A program made the translations under genes and the position numbers. A stretch of 64,000 bases of DNA from Protoeuglena noctilucae (taxonomy: Eukaryota), in contig OY253675.1 in NCBI GenBank assembly GCA_958009085.1, forward strand, positions 186,001 through 250,000, given 5' to 3'. Positions 59,791 to 64,000 of the stretch are shown one piece after another. Each line of letters opens with the position of its first letter. Position 1 is the stretch's first letter. Below the pieces are notes generated by a model. The model was not told the origin of the DNA, did no database searches, and was given only the letters and a program-made list of their open reading frames with translations.

Positions 59791-60807
59791 TCATTCCAGC
59801 CCCCGCCACATGTCCTCCACGAACCTCCGCGTCCGCTCCCGCCTCTCCGCCTCCAATTCATCGCGCAAGAAACCCCTCGCCTCGCCAGATAGAGACGACG
59901 ACGCCCTACCTCGACCCCTCTCCTCCTCAGCTGCTACGGTATCGCTCATCGTCATCCCCTTTCCCTCAGTCACGGTATCGCTTCCCTCCGCTCTAGGGCT
60001 GCTCATCCTCACCCCTTCGCCCGCTCCTCTGCCCTCACACCCCCTGCCACCTCCACCCAGCTGCTCCCTGCCCTGACACCCCTCGCTAAACGTGCTTTCA
60101 ATGCCATGCTGTGGAGCAGCCACGGCGTGCCACGGCAATGCCACGGTGACTGCCAATGCTGCGGCAAAGGGGAGTGGGTGCATGAGCATATGCACGAGTG
60201 AATGCATCAGCATATAGTGGGACCACAACCATCGCCAGTCGCAGCTCTCACCTAACGCGGCGACCGCCACGAAGGCAGGGGTTGCCTTGTGCATCCGCTC
60301 CCGCTTCCACCCATCGCCGCACTCGCACGCGCGACCGCCTCTGTCAGTCTCGTGTGCCATCCGTGCTTGTAGGCAGCCCCCACATCGACCAGCGCCCGCC
60401 CTGGGCTCGCGACCGGGGCCGATGGGGCCGTGGCACGGGGTGCTGAAAACGATTTGCAAAAATGGATTGTGAAAAAGGAAGGACGTGCCAAATGCGGCGG
60501 TCTGTCCGCGTGTGTAAAAAGGAAACGGCCCCGCTACATCCGGGGTGCTAGGGCTCTCACATCGGGAACGCCGTGAAGCGATCATGGCACAGTCGACTCG
60601 CCTGGCTGGGTCTGGCTCCGTCCATGGCGTCTGGACCTTGGCCTCCCACGGGTCTATCGGGGCCACAGATGAGCACACCACGGCGACGCGGCGGGCGGCG
60701 CGGGGGCCCGCGCAAGGACGGGAGGAGCATGGAACATCCGGGCGCCTCGTGCGCCCGTCGAGCGGGCGACTCCCCGCCGCGCTCGCCACCTGCGCGGATC
60801 TGTGCAT
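59791..60807 (-). CDS. Hypothetical protein with plastid transit-peptide-like N-terminus
   Basis: MHRSAQVASAAGSRP...RRVAVVCSS leader and a coding-like terminal block EARGFLRDELEAERRERTRRFVEDMWRGLE*. Internal exons unresolved. Confidence 0.45.
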   Translation of the reverse strand: MHRSAQVASAAGSRPLDGRTRRPDVPCSSRPCAGPRAARRVAVVCSSVAPIDPWEAKVQTPWTEPDPARRVDCAMIASRRSRCESPSTPDVAGPFPFYTRGQTAAFGTSFLFHNPFLQIVFSTPCHGPIGPGREPRAGAGRCGGCLQARMAHETDRGGRACECGDGWKRERMHKATPAFVAVAALGESCDWRWLWSHYMLMHSLVHMLMHPLPFAAALAVTVALPWHAVAAPQHGIESTFSEGCQGREQLGGGGRGCEGRGAGEGVRMSSPRAEGSDTVTEGKGMTMSDTVAAEEERGRGRASSSLSGEARGFLRDELEAERRERTRRFVEDMWRGLE

Positions 60808-61308
60808 GTGAATACTCCCGACGCACTGCGGAGGATCCGCCCTGCGGCCAAAGAACGTCCCTGCGGCCCGTTGCCAAGTGGACGTCGCGAGCCAGGCGAC
60901 CGCAGGCCCGCTGGCGACCCGAGCTCCTATCGCTTACCGTGGTACTGACGTCGCTCTCTAGAAATCTCGCTTGCGAATCGCGCTGTCCTCCTAGGGCGCG
61001 CGGAGGCCGCAGAAGAAGTCTGGCAGGCGTGAAACGACGATCTCAGCCGAACAGAAACTCGCACTGCGCTTGCATTGTACCAGATGAACAGGCAGGCAAC
61101 AGAGTCAACAGGCGGCAGCCTCACATGAAGCAGAGCAGCTTTTCTGACGTGACTGTTGCCAGCGTCTTGGATTCCTTCCCAACCAGCGCCTCCCTTCGGC
61201 GCCCTGCATTCCGCTCGACATTGTCGAACTGCGAGTCGCCTTGAATCGGTCTCGACTCGACCCATCGCCCCCGTCTCCGCGCGCGGAGCCCACGCGTCGC
61301 TCGCGGCC

Positions 61309-64000
61309 ATGAGCCCCCCGGACGAGCCGCCTCCGGACGGCTTCGAGCCCGATGTCGTCGTGGAAGGGAAGCTACGGAGCGAGCAAGTCAACGCAGCGTC
61401 CGAGCGGGGCAACGTGGACGCCATGGACAAGCTGCAGGCCGACCTCGGCTTCGACTTCCAGCCAGAGGCGAGGGCGCCGGCGGCCCACGGACGCCCCCGT
61501 CGTGCGTGCGCAAGCATGCATGAGAACGCGAGCATACTTGCGGATGGGTCCCGGACGCGTCGGGGGGCCGGAGACGTTTCCGCGGTGCGTCCCGCCCCGC
61601 CGTTTCGAACGCGTAGCGTCGCCCTGCTGTGCTACAGGCGCAGCGCCCGCCATGGACGCTCGGCAAGTGGTTTCGGTGCCTGAGCAACGCTCTGACGGGA
61701 CTCAACAAAACGCTCGTCGCCGGGGATCTGCCCAACGACGGGGCGGGTGCGCATGCGCAGGGTGGCACGTGTCCGCTGCGCCCGCCACGGCCGCGCGGCC
61801 CCCCGTCACGCCGCCGCACTTGCTTGCAGATATCGATCACGAGAAGCTCGTCGGGTGGATGCGCGACCACCTCATGAAGCGCCTCAACGCGCTGAAGGTC
61901 GTGTACGCGGTGGGGGGCGGGTGGACGAATGACGCGCGCATCTGGGTGGAGATTTCGGAGCCCAACACACCGGAGCCCTGCCAGTCGGGCCCGCTGCGGG
62001 GCCTTTACCAGTGCTTCCCGTCCGTCTCCATCTGTCCAAAGACCGGTGAGGCGTTTGCCTGCGTAATTCAGCCGTCCCCTGCCTTTGACACGCTCGCGCG
62101 CAGGACCAATCGATGACCGCGATGTTGTATTACTTCATCCGTCCCGTCCCGCGCCGCAGGGAATCTGTCCAAGCTGGCCGTGCCGCGCAAGGTGCACCCG
62201 GACGTCGCCCGCAAAGCTGCCGACGCGATTAAGCGCAAGATTGAGACGGGAGAGGACACAGGTGCGGCGCCGCAGTCGCTGAGAGGCCTCTCGGCGCGCG
62301 CGCATCCCCAGCCTGCACCGACGCCCGTGCTGGCAGCTGCGGGGCACAGCACGCGACCTGCACCACACCCTGGCCGTCCCTAACCCTCACCACACACATT
62401 CCAGGCTCCACCTGCGGGCCATGAGCATCACAAGTCACAAGAACCACAGTAAGAAAGCCAGTCAACCCCCGCTGTGATGTCAGCTTCTGCGTGCCCTGCC
62501 GCAGTGATCGTCAAGCGCGACCGGGGCGTGGGCTACAAGGAGCGAACGGAGCACATGCTGGCCGCGATGGACGTCCGGCACCTGTCGTTCGTGCGTTCCG
62601 GGGCGCGTGCTGCGCCTGGATTGAAGGACGCTGCACAGGGCAGCGGCGGGCGCGTGCGTGGCGGCGATGGGGCAGACCAGGAGTTGGCGGAGGCTCAGTC
62701 TGTGGTCGACACTGGGATGGAGGCGCTGACGGTGGAGGATGGGCCGGGAGCGACGGTGCGTGCGGGGGAGGGGAATGTGTGGGGGTAGGGGCAGTGTGGG
62801 GTGCAGGGGCTTGTGTGGCAGGTCTTTTGTTTTGCAAACGTCTTACGTCTCATGCGATGTGCTCCCCATGGCGTCTCCATGCCCGCAACCCCCGCAGTCC
62901 GACGAGCCGTCCTGCAACAGGCGCCCGGACAGCAAGGGAGCCTGGGGCGGTGGCGATGGCGCGGTGTGCGGGGAGCTCACCATCCCAAGCGACAAGGACG
63001 CACACAGGGACTCACACAAAGACTCAAACAGGGACTTACACAGGGATGCACACCGCGGCGCTGCCGGGGCTGGCGCGCACGATGGGGCGGTGTCGACCGC
63101 GACCCCCGCCGCCCCCGCCGCGCCCGTCGCACCTGCCCGGGAGGAGCGGACGCACGCCCCGCCGTCACTCGGTGCCGCCACCAGTGATGCGGACGCCGAC
63201 CACGCCTCGCCGGAGCTCCCGGAGCTCAAGAAGCGGCGCATGCCGGACGGGGCGCCACAAGCGTCATGCTCTGTGCCTGAGAGGGACGCGGCGGGGGCGC
63301 CACGGCCGCCGCTGCAGGCCATCCAGGTGCGGCAGAGGTAGTTTATTGGCAGAGATGGTCACTGAGAGTGTCCCTGCGATGGGTTCTGGCAAGAACCTGC
63401 TCTCTCACCAACGCTCAGTCTCACTCCAGCCCTTCTCCCCGCAGCCGTCTGCGTCCGAGGCCCCCGGCAACGTGGTGCGCGCGCGGGGCGTGACCATGTA
63501 CGTGGGCCCTTCACGTGTGCCCGCGCCCAGCGCCCCCACGTCCCGGCAGGAGCTGGCGGGGAGCCACGGGGCCACGATGTGGGTGCGGGGCCGCCCCGGC
63601 TCAGCGGCGAACGAGGTGGGTTGCACAGAGATAGCATTCACATGGTTGGGGCACGGTACAATCCATGCGCATGGGAGCGCTCCCGTGCTGCTGTGTCCAA
63701 CCTGGTCAGGCGTCGTCATCAACGTCCCCATCTCTACGTCCGTTTGGCCCAGCCATACTGTCTCTGTCTCTCGTGCCGTCTCTTTACCATTGATGACCAT
63801 CAACGATCGATGACATCGGCACGTGCCCCTTGCAGGCCTGCCGCCCAGAGGGCATGGATGTGGACGCAGCACCCGCGGCGAAGAAGGGGCCGGAGCTGAA
63901 GACGGAAGAGGAGGCGAGGGCCGCGGCTGATGGTGGCAGGCCGCGCGTTGTGCGTATGTGTGCACGCCGAACCCCTCATGCACACTCGCCATGTCCTCAT
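61309..64000 (+). CDS. Hypothetical multi-exon protein (continues past the right edge)
   Basis: Phase-consistent exons MSPPDEPP..FQPE|AQRPPWTLGKW..|DIDHEKLVGW..CPKT|GNLSKL..|VIVKRDRG..|SDEPS..|PSASE..|ACRPE..EEE|gcgagg. No family recognised. Confidence 0.6.

Noticed and set aside
59585..59810. CRISPR-like repeat array
   Set aside because: Eukaryotic context, degenerate units, irregular low-complexity spacers, no cas genes; the units derive from the adjacent gene end.
1845..63915. Introner-like repeated introns
   Set aside because: I saw no sequence similarity between introns of unrelated genes; only the ankyrin paralogs share an intron.
1..64000. Genome-wide TAA/TAG = Gln reassignment
   Set aside because: Only two ambers at sense positions were seen (EFL, ankyrin pseudogene), while THG1 and SKL2 end in TAG about where homologs end. 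It is kept only as a minor alternative for the EFL codon.
1..64000. tRNA, rRNA or snRNA genes and telomeric arrays
   Set aside because: None recognisable by eye; isolated ccctaa motifs (22643, 62378) are too short to call.

Overview
This is GC-rich (roughly two-thirds by eye), gene-dense nuclear DNA of a eukaryote, most likely a flagellated chlorophyte green alga. The basis is spliceosomal introns, the TGTAA poly(A) signal, EFL, RABL2 and plastid transit-peptide-like N-termini. The six-frame ORF track is mostly GC-driven noise, so I rebuilt about 24 spliced genes by hand. In order they are: a hypothetical gene, cyclin T-like, a divergent EFL, SmD1, a D-box coiled-coil protein, two F-box/ankyrin paralogs (one pseudogene) plus an 'empty' third copy, a Dabb protein, a DFR/CCR-like SDR, a twin-retropepsin protease, a B3-domain protein, an Aurora-like kinase, PUS3, SKL2, RABL2, a secreted Cys-rich protein, TFIIIC Tau95, THG1, a pTAC10-like S1 protein, V-ATPase H, GMP synthase, D27-like and three more hypotheticals. 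The most unusual signals are: (1) degenerate 'echo' copies of exon edges (splice sites and stop codons) in adjacent non-coding DNA, concentrated at about 50-60 kb; (2) about one third of introns using GC-AG donors; (3) an otherwise intact EFL paralog with an in-frame TAG and an altered switch I, possibly splice-linked to the upstream cyclin; (4) very close co-oriented gene pairs that are bicistron candidates. Homology calls come from recalled family motifs, not database searches, and exon coordinates are manual.
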